Assembly (NCBI GenBank): GCA_963704725.1
Contig: OY969934.1
Location: 1,685,138 to 1,749,137 of the forward strand
Source: an uncultured Actinomycetes bacterium
Lineage (GTDB): Bacteria > Actinomycetota > UBA4738 > HRBIN12
Direction of reading: 5' to 3'
DNA: 64,000 bases
A program made the translations under genes and the position numbers. This document shows positions 11,201 to 20,351 of this stretch, piece after piece (within the stretch, counting starts at the first letter, position 1; the number at the start of each line of letters is the position of its first letter). A model generated the notes under the pieces. It worked only from the letters and a program-made list of their open reading frames with translations, did not search any database and had not been told where the DNA came from.

Positions 11201-12204
11201 CACACGCCCTGCCAGACGCTGCGGTCGAACGAGGGCCCGGGCTCCACGATCCGGGCGTCGTCGTGGATCCACACCACCCGGCCATCCTTGGCGATCATCC
11301 GGTACTCGAGGCTCCACGGTGCGCCCCGCCGCTCGCTCGCCGCGATCTCCTCGAGCGCGCGTTCGCGATCGTCCGGGTGCACGACGCGGTGCCACATCTG
11401 CGCGTCCCGGGTCCACTCGGCCTGCGAGTAGCCGAGGAGCCGCTCGATGCCCGGGGAGATGTACCGCTGCCCCGGGTCGTCCCGGCGATCGTCGACGTAG
11501 GTCACGACGGGCATGTGCTCCACGAGCGATCGATAGCGCTCCTCAGCCTCGCGCACCTTGTCCTCGGCCGCCTTGCGATCGGTGATGTCGAACACCACGC
11601 CCTGGAACATCGGGTGCCCCCGCTCATCGCGGCCGACCGGTACCGCCTCGTCGCGCACCCAGAGCGTCCGTCCATCTCGAGTGGACATGCGGTACTCGGC
11701 GCGGAAGGGGGAGGAGGTCCGCTCGCACGCCTCCCACTCCGCCATCACCGGACCGACGTCGTCGGGGTGCATCAGCCGGGACCAGAGCAACGGGTCGTCG
11801 AACTCGTCCTGCCCGTAGCCGAGGAGCGAGCGCACCTGGGGGCTGACGTACGTGGCGGGGGCCTCACCGACGCGATACGTCGCGTCCCACGTGTACGTGA
11901 CCGCCGGCATGTTCTCCACGAGCGCCCGGAACTGGGTCTCGGCGAGCTCGCGAGCGGCGGCCTCGCGCTGGGCCGAGCGCCACTGCAGGAGGCTGAACAC
12001 GGCGAGCCCGACGGAGGCCAGGATCGGGGCGAGGATCACCTCGTCGACGGCTCCGTTGAACCGCTTCGTCAGCCAGTCCTGCGTTCCGGAGAAGACGTCG
12101 GTTGCGGCGCCGAACCAGAGCACGCCGGAAACGGCGAGCGAGATCAGCAGCAGATCCCGCAGCGCCCTCCACCCACGGCGAGGCCGACTCTCGGTGTCCT
12201 TCAT
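8284..12204 (-). CDS. membrane-anchored multi-PAS sensor histidine kinase
   Basis: Track ORF 8284..12468; start taken at [12 protein letters not shown] (12204) to avoid the E1-beta gene. Two N-terminal TM helices, at least seven PAS/PAC-like repeats (recurring PAVTYV / YVSPQ units), H-box [10 protein letters not shown], and a HATPase_c tail. Confidence 0.85.
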   Translation of the reverse strand: MKDTESRPRRGWRALRDLLLISLAVSGVLWFGAATDVFSGTQDWLTKRFNGAVDEVILAPILASVGLAVFSLLQWRSAQREAAARELAETQFRALVENMPAVTYTWDATYRVGEAPATYVSPQVRSLLGYGQDEFDDPLLWSRLMHPDDVGPVMAEWEACERTSSPFRAEYRMSTRDGRTLWVRDEAVPVGRDERGHPMFQGVVFDITDRKAAEDKVREAEERYRSLVEHMPVVTYVDDRRDDPGQRYISPGIERLLGYSQAEWTRDAQMWHRVVHPDDRERALEEIAASERRGAPWSLEYRMIAKDGRVVWIHDDARIVEPGPSFDRSVWQGVCIDVTARKEAELRLREAEETYRTLVEQLPVVVYQDAVDDTSTAIYVSPQYEQMFGYPPEARTADPRFWIDHLHPDDRERVLEESRRTNDTGDPFSVEYRFLGRDGRVVWVRDEAVLLRHEDGSPNRWQGVLIDVTQAKIAEEMLSRRDAVLEAAGFAAERLLKAHEWQPVLPEVLERLGRASASGRVSLFENETLEGGEVGMRLRHQWVADGVLPLPQAEEPSPYAKGHVRWQAALSSGRTLQGRTRDFPAAERTGPLHDGVRSRVLVPVFLGDEWWGFLALDDCETEREWPAPEVDALKAAADTLGAAIGRARAETLRTQAELRYRKLVETIPAVTYIQGLGPGAPLTYMSPQLERLTGYTVQEWGESDYERWLQTLHQDDRARAMEADERAERTGEPFVVEYRQRHRDGRWIWVHDEAALICDDGGNPLYWQGIRFDITPQKTAEHHLREAEERYRSLVESMPAVTYVDAVDERHTKMYVSPQIEALFGYMPREWTSDPDLWIDGIHPDDRERVLAAAERHGRDGDPFVLEYRFRAKDGRWMWVTDHATVVRDAEGNILFSQGVMLDITERRQAEEQLRETEARYRAIVEHVPAAIYVDRPDQSMKTVYVSPQIQQIMGVPSQRFIDEPALWLDLMTPEFRDEMRRSYLEAAEAGRSWQGEYRIVTPDGREAWVHDETAFVLDEDGTPLFVQGVMFDITERKLAEQTLRDSERREREAAEGLRALDEMKNTFLAAVSHELRSPLTSILGLSLTLEQQQLSAEDRRDLTRRVAQNARKLDRLLKDLLDIDRLSRGNVTPQLRPTDVGALVRGAVDSLELGDRFVSVEAEPVVVPVDGPKVERIVENLVMNAVRHTGPDVTIFVRVWAGGGGAFLAVEDDGPGVPEELQSAIFEPFRQGPTASPHAPGTGIGLSLVAMFTDLHGGRAWVEEREGGGASFRVFLPGQPPEDTGGSARRAFARGRPAVDGVRSG

Positions 12205-12292
12205 GGCATGCGAGCTCGTTGAATTGGTTATCGGCCGCTCGGGGGAGCACCTGAGAGGAGGGCGGGGAGAGAGGAGGGGCCGGTCGAGCCCG

Positions 12293-13279
12293 TCAGAACC
12301 GGGCCAGCTCGAGCATCCGGTCGAAGATCCGGTCCACGTTCGGCATGAACGCGTGCTCGAGGTTGGAGGCGAACCCCATCGCCGGGACGTCCGGCCCGCC
12401 GATGCGAACGAGCGGGCCGTCCAGGTCGAACATGGCCTCCTCGGCGATCGTGGCCACGATCTCTGCACCGGCGCCGTACGTGCGGTTGTCCTCGTACACG
12501 ACCATGGCCTTGCCCGTCTTGCGGACCGAGGCGAGGATCGTCTCCTTGTCCAGGGGGCTGATCGTCCGGACGTCCACCACCTCGGCGGACGCCCCCTCCT
12601 GGTCCTGGAGCCGCGAGGCGGCCTCCAGACAGTGGTGGAGCATGAGCCCGTAGGCGACGACGGTCAGGTCCGTGCCCTCGCGCTTGACGTCGGCGGGTCC
12701 GATCGGCACCTCGTACGGCTCGTCCGGGACCTCGCCCTTGATCAGCCGGTAGGCCCGCTTGTGCTCGAGGAACAGGACGGGGTCGGGGTCCTTGATGGCG
12801 GTCCGTAGGAGCCCGGCCGCGTCGTGGGGGGTCGACGGGATGACCACCTTGATCCCGGGGATGTGCCCGTAGAGGGCCTCGATCGACTGCGAGTGGTACA
12901 GCGCGCCGTGGACGCCGCCGCCGAACGGCGTGCGGATGACCATGGGAAGCCCGAAGTCGCCGTTGGTCCGGTAGCGCATCCGGGCGACCTCGGAGACCAT
13001 CTGGTCGAACGCGGGGTGGATGAAGTCCGCGAACTCGATCTCGGCGACCGGGAGGAGGCCGTGCAGGGCCATCCCCACGGCCACGCCGATGATCCCGCCC
13101 TCGGCGAGCGGGGTGTCGATCACGCGCCGCTCACCGAACTCCTCGAGGAACCCCTGCGTGACCCGGAACACGCCGCCCCGAGCGCCGACGTCCTCTCCGA
13201 GCACGATGAGGCGCTCGTCGGCGGCCATCTGCTCGTGCAGGGTGTCGTGGATCGCGGTGACCAGGTTCTTCTCGGTCAC
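12293..13279 (-). CDS. 2-oxoacid dehydrogenase E1 component, beta subunit
   Basis: 328 aa; transketolase-like pyrimidine-binding and C-terminal domains typical of E1-beta (pyruvate, acetoin or branched-chain type not distinguishable here). Confidence 0.9.
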   Translation of the reverse strand: MTEKNLVTAIHDTLHEQMAADERLIVLGEDVGARGGVFRVTQGFLEEFGERRVIDTPLAEGGIIGVAVGMALHGLLPVAEIEFADFIHPAFDQMVSEVARMRYRTNGDFGLPMVIRTPFGGGVHGALYHSQSIEALYGHIPGIKVVIPSTPHDAAGLLRTAIKDPDPVLFLEHKRAYRLIKGEVPDEPYEVPIGPADVKREGTDLTVVAYGLMLHHCLEAASRLQDQEGASAEVVDVRTISPLDKETILASVRKTGKAMVVYEDNRTYGAGAEIVATIAEEAMFDLDGPLVRIGGPDVPAMGFASNLEHAFMPNVDRIFDRMLELARF

Positions 13280-13286
13280 GGACGGC

Positions 13287-14327
13287 TCACTCGGTCTCGG
13301 GCTCGAGGTAGAGGTGGCGCAGGAGGCTGTCGGGGTCGGGGTCGGCCGCGTTCCACGCCTCGTCGATCTGCCGGTCCACGTCGGCCTTGATCTCGGCGGT
13401 GATGCCCTCCACGGCCTCCTTCTGCATGACGCCGGCGTTCCGCAGGTAGTGCTCGAACAGGTGCAGGGGGTCGCGGTGCTTGGCCTCCTCGACCTCCTCC
13501 CGCGTCCGGTACGTCCGGTCGTCGTCGTCGGAGGTGTGCGGGAAGAACCGGTAGGTCTTCGCCTCGATCAGGGTCGGCCCCTCCCCGGCCCGGGCGCGCT
13601 CGACCGCGGTCTTCATCGCGCCGTAGCACGCGAGGACGTCGTTGCCGTCGACGACGACGCCGGGGAATCCGTACGCAGCACCGCGATCGGCCACGTCCTC
13701 GATCGCCATCTGCTTCTTCTGCGAGACCGAGATCGCGTACTGGTTGTTCTCGCACACCCAGATCACGGGGAGCTTGTGGATCCCGGCGAAGTTCAGGCCC
13801 TCGTGCCAGGAGCCCTCGGACGTCGCGCCCTCGCCGAACCAGCACCCGACGACGGCGTCCTCCTCGCGATAGCGGATCGCGTACGCGACGCCGGCGGCGT
13901 GGGGGATCTGCGAGGCGATGGGGGAGGAGTGGCTGATGATCCCCAGGCGCCGCGAACCCCAGTGGCTCGGCATCTGCCGTCCGCCCGAGGAGGGGTCGTC
14001 GGCCTTGGCGAACAGCCCGAGGAAGATCTCGTACGGGGTCATGCCGGCGACGAGCACGACGGCCACGTCCCGGTAGTAGGGGAGCCAGATGTCCTGTCCC
14101 CGTCGGAGGGCCCATGCGGTGCCGACCTGGCAGCCCTCGTGCCCCGAGACGGGGACGACGAACGGCGCCTTGCCCTGGCGGTTGAGCCGGAACGACGCCT
14201 CGTCGACGAGACGAGCCGTGAGCATCGTGCGGTAGATCGACAGGAGGTCGTCTTCGCCGAGGCCGAGGGCCTCGTGTGATGTGTCCGTCGTTACTCGGGT
14301 CGCCACACCACCCTCCTCGCGGGGCAT
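13287..14327 (-). CDS. 2-oxoacid dehydrogenase E1 component, alpha subunit (TPP-dependent)
   Basis: 346 aa; TPP-binding GEGATSEG...NNQYAIS region; directly upstream of the E1-beta gene. An internal Met start is possible. Confidence 0.85.
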   Translation of the reverse strand: MPREEGGVATRVTTDTSHEALGLGEDDLLSIYRTMLTARLVDEASFRLNRQGKAPFVVPVSGHEGCQVGTAWALRRGQDIWLPYYRDVAVVLVAGMTPYEIFLGLFAKADDPSSGGRQMPSHWGSRRLGIISHSSPIASQIPHAAGVAYAIRYREEDAVVGCWFGEGATSEGSWHEGLNFAGIHKLPVIWVCENNQYAISVSQKKQMAIEDVADRGAAYGFPGVVVDGNDVLACYGAMKTAVERARAGEGPTLIEAKTYRFFPHTSDDDDRTYRTREEVEEAKHRDPLHLFEHYLRNAGVMQKEAVEGITAEIKADVDRQIDEAWNAADPDPDSLLRHLYLEPETE

Positions 14328-14380
14328 CCTAGCATCGGGGTTGCGCTTCCCGACGACGCGCCGTTGGATACGCTCCGCGC

Positions 14381-15259
14381 ATGCGGGAGGGGACCCGGAG
14401 GGACCGCGCGCTCGCGCTCATCGAGGAGCTCTCATCCGACGGCCGCCGCCCGCTCGACCCCGGCGATCGCCTGGCCGACGTCGGGTTCGACTCCCTCGCG
14501 TTCGCCGAGCTGGCCGTGGCCCTGGAGCGCGAGACCGGCGTCGATCTCACTCCCGCCCGGATCGGCCACGACGACCGTGTCGCCGACGTCCTTCGGGCGG
14601 TCGAGTCCTCGGCGCCGCGACGCACGCCTCCCGCGCTGCCGCGCGGCATCGGGCGTGCGCAGCCGTTCTCGAAGACGGTGGGCGGACCGGTCCTGCGGTG
14701 GTGGTTCCGTCTGCGGGTCGTGGGGGCGCAGCGCCTCCCGAGCACCGGACCCTGCGTGCTGGCCATGAACCACGAGAGCGCCATGGACATCCCGATCATC
14801 GTCGCGGCGTGCCCCCGCCCGATCACGTTCATGGCGAAGAGGGAGCTGTTCAGGAACCCGGTCGTGTCCGCGACCCTCCTCGCGCTCGGCGGGTTCCGCG
14901 TGGACCGGGACCGGTTCGACCTGCCGGCCGTCGGGTCGGCGCTCGCCGCGCTCTCCAGAGGCGACGTGCTCGGGATGTACCCGGAGGGGACCCGGTCGCC
15001 GGGCGAGCTCCGGCCGTTCCTGCACGGGGCGGCCTGGGTAGCGCTGCGGACGGGCGCTCCGCTCGTTCCCTGCTCGATCGCCGGGACCGAGCACGCCGGC
15101 CGGGCCTCACTTCCCGGCCGCGTCCGTGTTCGCGTCGAGTTCCACCATCCGATCGCCGTCGAGCCCGTCGAGGACCCTCTCGAGCGCCGGCTTCGAGCCG
15201 AGGCGCTCACCGCCGAGCTGCGAACCGCGGTCGAGAAGGGATACGCGGTCCCGCGGTGA
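14381..15259 (+). CDS. acyl-carrier-protein-like domain fused to 1-acyl-sn-glycerol-3-phosphate acyltransferase (PlsC-like)
   Basis: N-terminal phosphopantetheine-site-like GFDSLAFAEL; then acyltransferase motifs NHESAMD (HX4D) and YPEGTRS. Confidence 0.8.
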   Translation: MREGTRRDRALALIEELSSDGRRPLDPGDRLADVGFDSLAFAELAVALERETGVDLTPARIGHDDRVADVLRAVESSAPRRTPPALPRGIGRAQPFSKTVGGPVLRWWFRLRVVGAQRLPSTGPCVLAMNHESAMDIPIIVAACPRPITFMAKRELFRNPVVSATLLALGGFRVDRDRFDLPAVGSALAALSRGDVLGMYPEGTRSPGELRPFLHGAAWVALRTGAPLVPCSIAGTEHAGRASLPGRVRVRVEFHHPIAVEPVEDPLERRLRAEALTAELRTAVEKGYAVPR

Positions 15260-15287
15260 TGCCCCTCTCGCGGCGGACGCTCCTCGC

Positions 15288-16613
15288 TCAGGAGAAGCAG
15301 TCCGTGCGAAGCGGCAGGGGATCGGGAGGACGCGGTCGCATCGAGAAGTCGAAGTCGTAGGAGAGATCGGTCGCCGCTCGGTCGCGGTGCGTGAGCTGCG
15401 ACAGTCCCCATGCGCGTTCGACGAAGCGAAGCACGCTCGAGAACTCGCCCCGTCGGTGGTCGACCACGCCGGGCCTCGCGTAGGGGGAGATGACGAGGAG
15501 CGGGACGCGGATCCCGAGTCCGAAGCCGTCCACCTGCGGCGGGGGCACGTGATCGTAGAAGCCCCCGTAGTCGTCCCACGTCACGAAGATCGCGGTATCC
15601 CGCCACATGGGGCTGCGCATGATCGCGTCGATCACGCGCGTGGACCAGTTCTCGCCGAGGCAGAAGCTGTACTGCGGGTGCTCGGACACCTCGTATCGCG
15701 GCGCGATCCACGTGACGGGCGGCAGGCGGTCGGCTCGGATGTCGGCGAGCAGGTCGTCCACGGGCAGCACGTGACGCGACCATTGGTTCGTCTCCCGGAT
15801 GTGCCGGATCGCCGAGTACGCGGACCAGATGTAGCCGAGCTGGTCGGGCTGGGCCGCGTAGTAGGCCCAGTCGATCCCCGCACTCGACAGGAGGTCGCCC
15901 TCGGTCGGGAAGTCGAAGCAGGGCGGCACCTGCTTCTCGTGGCCCTCGGAATCCACGACGGTCACCGTCTGGCCGGCCGGCGCGTCGCAGCCGAACGTGT
16001 TGCTCGAACGGAACGCTCCGGTCCGCCGCGGGTTGTCGTGGGCGCCACCGGACTGCGCGGCGATGGCGTAGAGGTGGTTGGGGAACGAGGGTCCCTGGGC
16101 GGAGGAGAAGAAGTTGTCGGCCAGCACGAACTCCCGGGCCCAGTGCCAGTAGTTCGGCAGCTGGGGCCGGCGGAGCTGCGTGTATGCCCACCGGTCGGAG
16201 ACGGCGCCCTGGTTGAACCCGTCCATCTCCCCGTGGTTCCAGGCCGCGAGCGAGCACGTGTAGCAATGGGGGATGTCCTCGGAGCCGATGCTCCCGTCCG
16301 TTCCGGGCGCGAGCGGACGTCGGACGCCGTGGTCCAGGCCGGACGTGGCGCCGTCCGCCCCGGGGAAGGTCCCGAACAGGTTGTCGAACGTGCGGTTCTC
16401 CTTGATCAGGAAGACCACGTGCTCGATCGGCCAGGGGGCCTCGCGCCGGCTCGGTTGTTCGGACGGCCCCGGGGAGAGCGCGGACGGAGGGAGGGTAGGC
16501 CGCGCGTGGCCGGGGGCCGCCGGTGCGGCGCTCTCACACGCCGCGGCGACGAGGGCCAGCGCGACGGCGCTCGCGACGGCCGCGCGGCGAGACGATGAGC
16601 GGTGCCTCCCCAT
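15288..16613 (-). CDS. phosphoesterase-family protein (phospholipase C / acid phosphatase type), secreted lipoprotein
   Basis: 441 aa; signal peptide with RR and lipobox-like LVAAAC; family-typical [14 protein letters not shown]. Its 5' end overlaps the upstream ORF by about 80 nt. Confidence 0.8.
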   Translation of the reverse strand: MGRHRSSSRRAAVASAVALALVAAACESAAPAAPGHARPTLPPSALSPGPSEQPSRREAPWPIEHVVFLIKENRTFDNLFGTFPGADGATSGLDHGVRRPLAPGTDGSIGSEDIPHCYTCSLAAWNHGEMDGFNQGAVSDRWAYTQLRRPQLPNYWHWAREFVLADNFFSSAQGPSFPNHLYAIAAQSGGAHDNPRRTGAFRSSNTFGCDAPAGQTVTVVDSEGHEKQVPPCFDFPTEGDLLSSAGIDWAYYAAQPDQLGYIWSAYSAIRHIRETNQWSRHVLPVDDLLADIRADRLPPVTWIAPRYEVSEHPQYSFCLGENWSTRVIDAIMRSPMWRDTAIFVTWDDYGGFYDHVPPPQVDGFGLGIRVPLLVISPYARPGVVDHRRGEFSSVLRFVERAWGLSQLTHRDRAATDLSYDFDFSMRPRPPDPLPLRTDCFS

Positions 16614-16824
16614 CGCGATTCAGACTCGGCGAGGCCCAGGAGCGTTCCGAATGACCGTGGGAGCCGCCCGCGTGCATCCCGAGCATCATCAACGGGCACG
16701 CCAGGGCGATCCCGAGGACGACGAGGCTCTGCACGGGCACGTGGAAGATTGCGACGGCGGCGAAGGCTCCGAGGGCCGCGAGCACGGCGACGAGTCGGAG
16801 GCGAGCCCCGTTTACGCCGCTCAT
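16534..16824 (-). CDS. small membrane protein, DUF2933-like (His-rich tail)
   Basis: In-frame part of track ORF 16534..17082, starting [19 protein letters not shown]; [16 protein letters not shown] resembles the DUF2933 signature (recollection). Start overlaps the SHOCT gene stop (ATGA). Confidence 0.45.
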   Translation of the reverse strand: MSGVNGARLRLVAVLAALGAFAAVAIFHVPVQSLVVLGIALACPLMMLGMHAGGSHGHSERSWASPSLNRDGEAPLIVSPRGRRERRRAGPRRRGV

Positions 16825-17093
16825 CGATCCCTCTCCTCCGGCGTCGCGCGCGGGTCCTTCCCGGAACGGAGCACCCTTCGGCGCTCGATGAGCTCCTGCT
16901 CGGAGATCTCGCCGCGTGCGAACCGCTCCTCGAGGATGCGTTCGGGATCCGGGCCGTGCGCCTGCGGCGAGGATCCCTCCGGTGGCCGGCGATCGGACCA
17001 TCGAACGATCCACACGACGATGCCGACCAGGAGCGCCCACGACGCGACCATCCAGAGCAGGCCCCACCCACCGTCGTGCCACCCGTACGGCAT
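16821..17093 (-). CDS. SHOCT-domain small membrane protein
   Basis: 90 aa, C-terminal part of track ORF 16821..17609, starting MPYGWHDGGWGLLWMVASWALLVGIVVWIV; C-terminal ILEERFARGEISEQELIERRRVL matches the SHOCT pattern. Confidence 0.6.
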   Translation of the reverse strand: MPYGWHDGGWGLLWMVASWALLVGIVVWIVRWSDRRPPEGSSPQAHGPDPERILEERFARGEISEQELIERRRVLRSGKDPRATPEERDR

Positions 17094-17104
17094 CACCGGG
17101 GTTC

Positions 17105-17467
17105 TCAGCTGCCCGTCGGGTGATGGTCGGCGTGCGATCCCCAGGGTCCGGCGGAGCCCGTCCACGGCGCCGTGCCGCCCATCATGCCGCCCATGCCCGA
17201 GGTCCCCTCCATCATCTGCGACATCTGCTCGTGCAGGGCGTCGCACTGGGCCGCGAGCTCGGCCGGCATCTGGTCGTGGAGCTGCCGCATCGCGGCCGAG
17301 TCGTGCATCGCGTCCATCGTCGCGGTCGACGGGGTGCCGTCCATCATCGACCCCATCGATCCCGGCCCGCCTCCGGTCGTCCACCCCGTGGATCCGTGGG
17401 CGAACCCGAGCGTCAGGGCGAGCACGAAGCCGAGCGCCGCCCCGAGCACGATCCATCGTCCCTTCAT
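17105..17467 (-). CDS. secreted Met/His-rich protein, putative periplasmic copper-binding protein
   Basis: 120 aa; signal peptide, then MxxM / MxxH-rich sequence (MDAMHDSAAMRQLHDQM, HEQMSQMMEG, GMGGMMGG) and a His-rich C-terminus. Start overlaps the upstream kinase stop. Confidence 0.6.
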   Translation of the reverse strand: MKGRWIVLGAALGFVLALTLGFAHGSTGWTTGGGPGSMGSMMDGTPSTATMDAMHDSAAMRQLHDQMPAELAAQCDALHEQMSQMMEGTSGMGGMMGGTAPWTGSAGPWGSHADHHPTGS

Positions 17468-18891
17468 CGTGAACCTCCTTGTTCTGCCCCGACCGTAGCC
17501 GGGGGCGATGAAGGCTCGATGAAGGCGCCGCGCGGGTGCGATGAGGGGCCGGGAAGCCGCACGGTGAAGGTGGTGCCGTGGCCGAGCTCGCTGGCGGCGA
17601 CCAGCTCACCCCCGTGGGCGAGCACGAGCTCCCGGGCCACGGTCAGGCCGATGCCGGAGCCTCGGGCGCGAACCCCGCTGCCCCGGAAGAACCGGTCGAA
17701 GACCCTGGGGAGCTCGTCGGGAGAGATCCCGGGTCCGGTGTCGGAGACGGCGATCACGGCGTCGTCCCCGTCGCGGCGAAGACTGAGGCGCACCTCGCCC
17801 TTCTCAGGGGTGAACTTGAGGGCGTTCGAGAGGAGGTTCGCGATCATCTGGCGGATCCGGGTGGCATCGGCCGGGATCTCGACGTCCTCGAGCTCGCCGG
17901 ACAGGCGGACGTCGCCCGCCTCGAAGGGCCCCTCGAACTCCCTCATCGCGTCCTCGATCACGTCTCGCAGCCGCGTCGACGTCCGGTTGAGCGAGAACCC
18001 GGCCGCATCTGCCGAGGCCAGCGTCTCCAGGTCTCCGACGAGCCGGGTCAGGCGGAGCGACTCCTCGTGCAGGGACGCGATGGCGGGGGAGCTGGGCTCG
18101 ACGACGCCGTCCTGGATCCCCTCGATCTGCGTGCGAAGGATCGCGAGCGGGGTGCGCAGCTCGTGCGCGACCTCCGCCGCGAACGCGCGCCGGAGCCGAT
18201 CCTCCTCCTCGATCGTGTCGGCCATCGAGTTGAAGGCCCTGGCCATCTCCCCGAGCTCGTCCGGTGAGTCGTCGTCCACCCGCTGCGATCGCTCGCCGCT
18301 CGCCATGGCCCGGGCCGCTCGGGTGAGCTCGCGGGCCGGCGCCGTGGCCTTGCGCGCGAGCACGAGTCCCGCGGCCAGGGCCGCGAGCGCCGCCGCGACG
18401 CCGCCGACGAGGAGCATGTGGTTGACCGACGACCGGAAGGCCAGATCCTGGGGGAGCAACCCGGGGGTGGGGAGCCGGACGAGCGCGGTCCCCACGACCA
18501 CTCCGTCGACGCTGATCGGCAGCCGACGGGTGGGCCCAAGCGGCCCGCTCCCCATCATCTGGCGGTGCATCGCCGAGACGCGTCCGCCCTCACCCGCGGA
18601 TGGCTCCCAGACGGCGATCCCGTCGGCATCGAGGAGTCGCAGGGTGCCGCCGTCCATCATGGCGAGCGACTCCAGCGTGCGAAGGTCGGTGGCGTTCCAG
18701 CCCCCCATGCGCTCGTACGAGTCGGCCAGCCCGGCGACCAGCTGCTCCTGCCGCGCGCGTTGCTGGTCCTCGAGATAGGAGGAGAACCGGCTTTCGAAGG
18801 AGACGTTGACGAGGATCGCCGTGAGCGCCGCCGCCGCGATCCCGACGCCCGTGAACGCCGCGGCGAGGCGGAGCGCGAACGACCTACGCAT
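17464..18891 (-). CDS. sensor histidine kinase (TM-HAMP-HisKA-HATPase_c), putative metal-responsive
   Basis: Track ORF 17464..18996; start taken at MRRSFALRLAAAFTG (18891). H-box AEVAHELRTPL; C-terminal GSGIGLTVARELV. Confidence 0.85.
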   Translation of the reverse strand: MRRSFALRLAAAFTGVGIAAAALTAILVNVSFESRFSSYLEDQQRARQEQLVAGLADSYERMGGWNATDLRTLESLAMMDGGTLRLLDADGIAVWEPSAGEGGRVSAMHRQMMGSGPLGPTRRLPISVDGVVVGTALVRLPTPGLLPQDLAFRSSVNHMLLVGGVAAALAALAAGLVLARKATAPARELTRAARAMASGERSQRVDDDSPDELGEMARAFNSMADTIEEEDRLRRAFAAEVAHELRTPLAILRTQIEGIQDGVVEPSSPAIASLHEESLRLTRLVGDLETLASADAAGFSLNRTSTRLRDVIEDAMREFEGPFEAGDVRLSGELEDVEIPADATRIRQMIANLLSNALKFTPEKGEVRLSLRRDGDDAVIAVSDTGPGISPDELPRVFDRFFRGSGVRARGSGIGLTVARELVLAHGGELVAASELGHGTTFTVRLPGPSSHPRGAFIEPSSPPATVGAEQGGSR

Positions 18892-19582
18892 CGGCCCTGG
18901 GGCCGAACTTGTAGCCGACGCCCGGGACCGTGAGGACGAATCGAGGCTCCTTCGGATCGTCGCCCAGCTTGCGCCGGAGGTTCTTGACGTGAGCATCGAT
19001 GGTGCGCTCGTACCCCTCGTAGTCGTACCCCTGCACCTTGGTGACGAGCTCGTAGCGTGAGAACGCCCTGCCGGGATGAGCGGCCAGCGCCAGGAGCAGG
19101 TCGAACTCGCTCCGGGTGAGGTCGGCGGGCCTGCCGTCGACCGAAACCTCCCGACCGACCCGATCGATCACGAGCGCGCCGGATGCGAACGACGCGGGGC
19201 GGTCCTCTCTGCTCCCGCCCGCGCGCCGGAGCACGGCCTCCACCCTGGCGACGAGCTCACGTGGGCTGAAGGGCTTGACGAGATAGTCGTCCGCGCCCAG
19301 TCGCAGCCCGTTCACGCGGTCGTCCTCCGAGGACTTAGCGGTGAGCATGATGACCGGGAGATCGGAATGAGCCCGGATCGACCGTGCGACCTCCTCGCCG
19401 GCGATGTCCGGAAGCATGAGGTCGAGCACGAGCAGGTCGGGATGGGCTCGCTCCACCGCCTCGAGCGCCCGCGCGCCCGTGTCGGCGACGAGGACGGAGT
19501 ACCCCTCGCGCTCCAGGTATGAGCGGACGAGCTCCCGGATCTTCCGCTCGTCGTCCGCGACGACGATCGTGGCCGTTCCCAT
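18884..19582 (-). CDS. OmpR-family response regulator
   Basis: Track ORF 18884..19708; start taken at MGTATIVVADDE (19582). Receiver domain plus C-terminal winged-helix (VLTVPGVGYKF). Confidence 0.9.
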   Translation of the reverse strand: MGTATIVVADDERKIRELVRSYLEREGYSVLVADTGARALEAVERAHPDLLVLDLMLPDIAGEEVARSIRAHSDLPVIMLTAKSSEDDRVNGLRLGADDYLVKPFSPRELVARVEAVLRRAGGSREDRPASFASGALVIDRVGREVSVDGRPADLTRSEFDLLLALAAHPGRAFSRYELVTKVQGYDYEGYERTIDAHVKNLRRKLGDDPKEPRFVLTVPGVGYKFGPRADA

Positions 19583-19685
19583 GGTCGGCACCTCATCGGT
19601 CTGTCGTGACGTCTCAGGGTGCGGCCCTGCTCCCGGACCCTTCAGGGCCGGCAGGCCCCGGCGGCGGGGGTCGATCGGCCCGGCC

Positions 19686-20351
19686 TCAGTCGAGTTCCGG
19701 GAGCGCATCGAGCAGGTCCCTCGCCGACACGAACATCGACGGGTACTCCTGCGTCCAGCGGATCCGTCCCGCGGCGTCGACGAGCACGAAGCCGTGGCCC
19801 GGGAGGTTGGCGTGCATGCCGTGGCCGATCATCCCGTACGCCTGGGAGACCGAGGTGTCGGCATCGCTCAGGTACGGCGTTGTGATGCCGAAGCGCTGGA
19901 GCTCGGGCACAACGTCGCTCACTGGGTTCGCCACGATCGGGACGACCTCGATCCCCGCGGCGGCGAATCCGTCGGCGTCCTTCTCGATCTCGGTCATCTG
20001 GTAGAAGCACGCGTCGCAGCCGACTCCCTCGTTGAAGTACAGGAGCACGTTGCGTCCCAGGAAGCTCGAGATCGACACGCTCGTCCCCGACGTGGACGGA
20101 AGCGTGAACGCCGGAGCGGCCCCTTGGGCCCCTCCCGCCGGGGCCTGGCGCCCGCCGAAGTACAGCATCAGCCCCAGGGCCGCGATCGCGGCGACACCGA
20201 CGAGCGGACCGAAGGGGCTGCGCTTACGCGCGACCCCCCGGGATCGCCTCCTCCGCGTGCCGGCCGGTCTCTGCCCGGGGTGCGTGGCAGTGGGCTTCGC
20301 TCGATGGGGGGGTTCCCAGCGGGCTCGCTTCCCCTTCGTCTTGGTGGTCAT
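19686..20351 (-). CDS. membrane-anchored thioredoxin-like / redoxin protein (TlpA/ResA-like)
   Basis: Track ORF 19686..20447; start taken at MTTKTKGKRA (20351). One TM helix, then thioredoxin fold with GCDAC motif. Overlaps the 3' end of the CcdA ORF by about 128 nt. Confidence 0.7.
   Translation of the reverse strand: MTTKTKGKRARWEPPHRAKPTATHPGQRPAGTRRRRSRGVARKRSPFGPLVGVAAIAALGLMLYFGGRQAPAGGAQGAAPAFTLPSTSGTSVSISSFLGRNVLLYFNEGVGCDACFYQMTEIEKDADGFAAAGIEVVPIVANPVSDVVPELQRFGITTPYLSDADTSVSQAYGMIGHGMHANLPGHGFVLVDAAGRIRWTQEYPSMFVSARDLLDALPELD

Noticed and set aside
9172-12222. 1016-aa plus-strand ORF
   Set aside because: Antisense to the multi-PAS kinase; translation is His/Arg/Gly/Pro-rich without domains, whereas the minus strand encodes repeated PAS units and a clear HisKA-HATPase.
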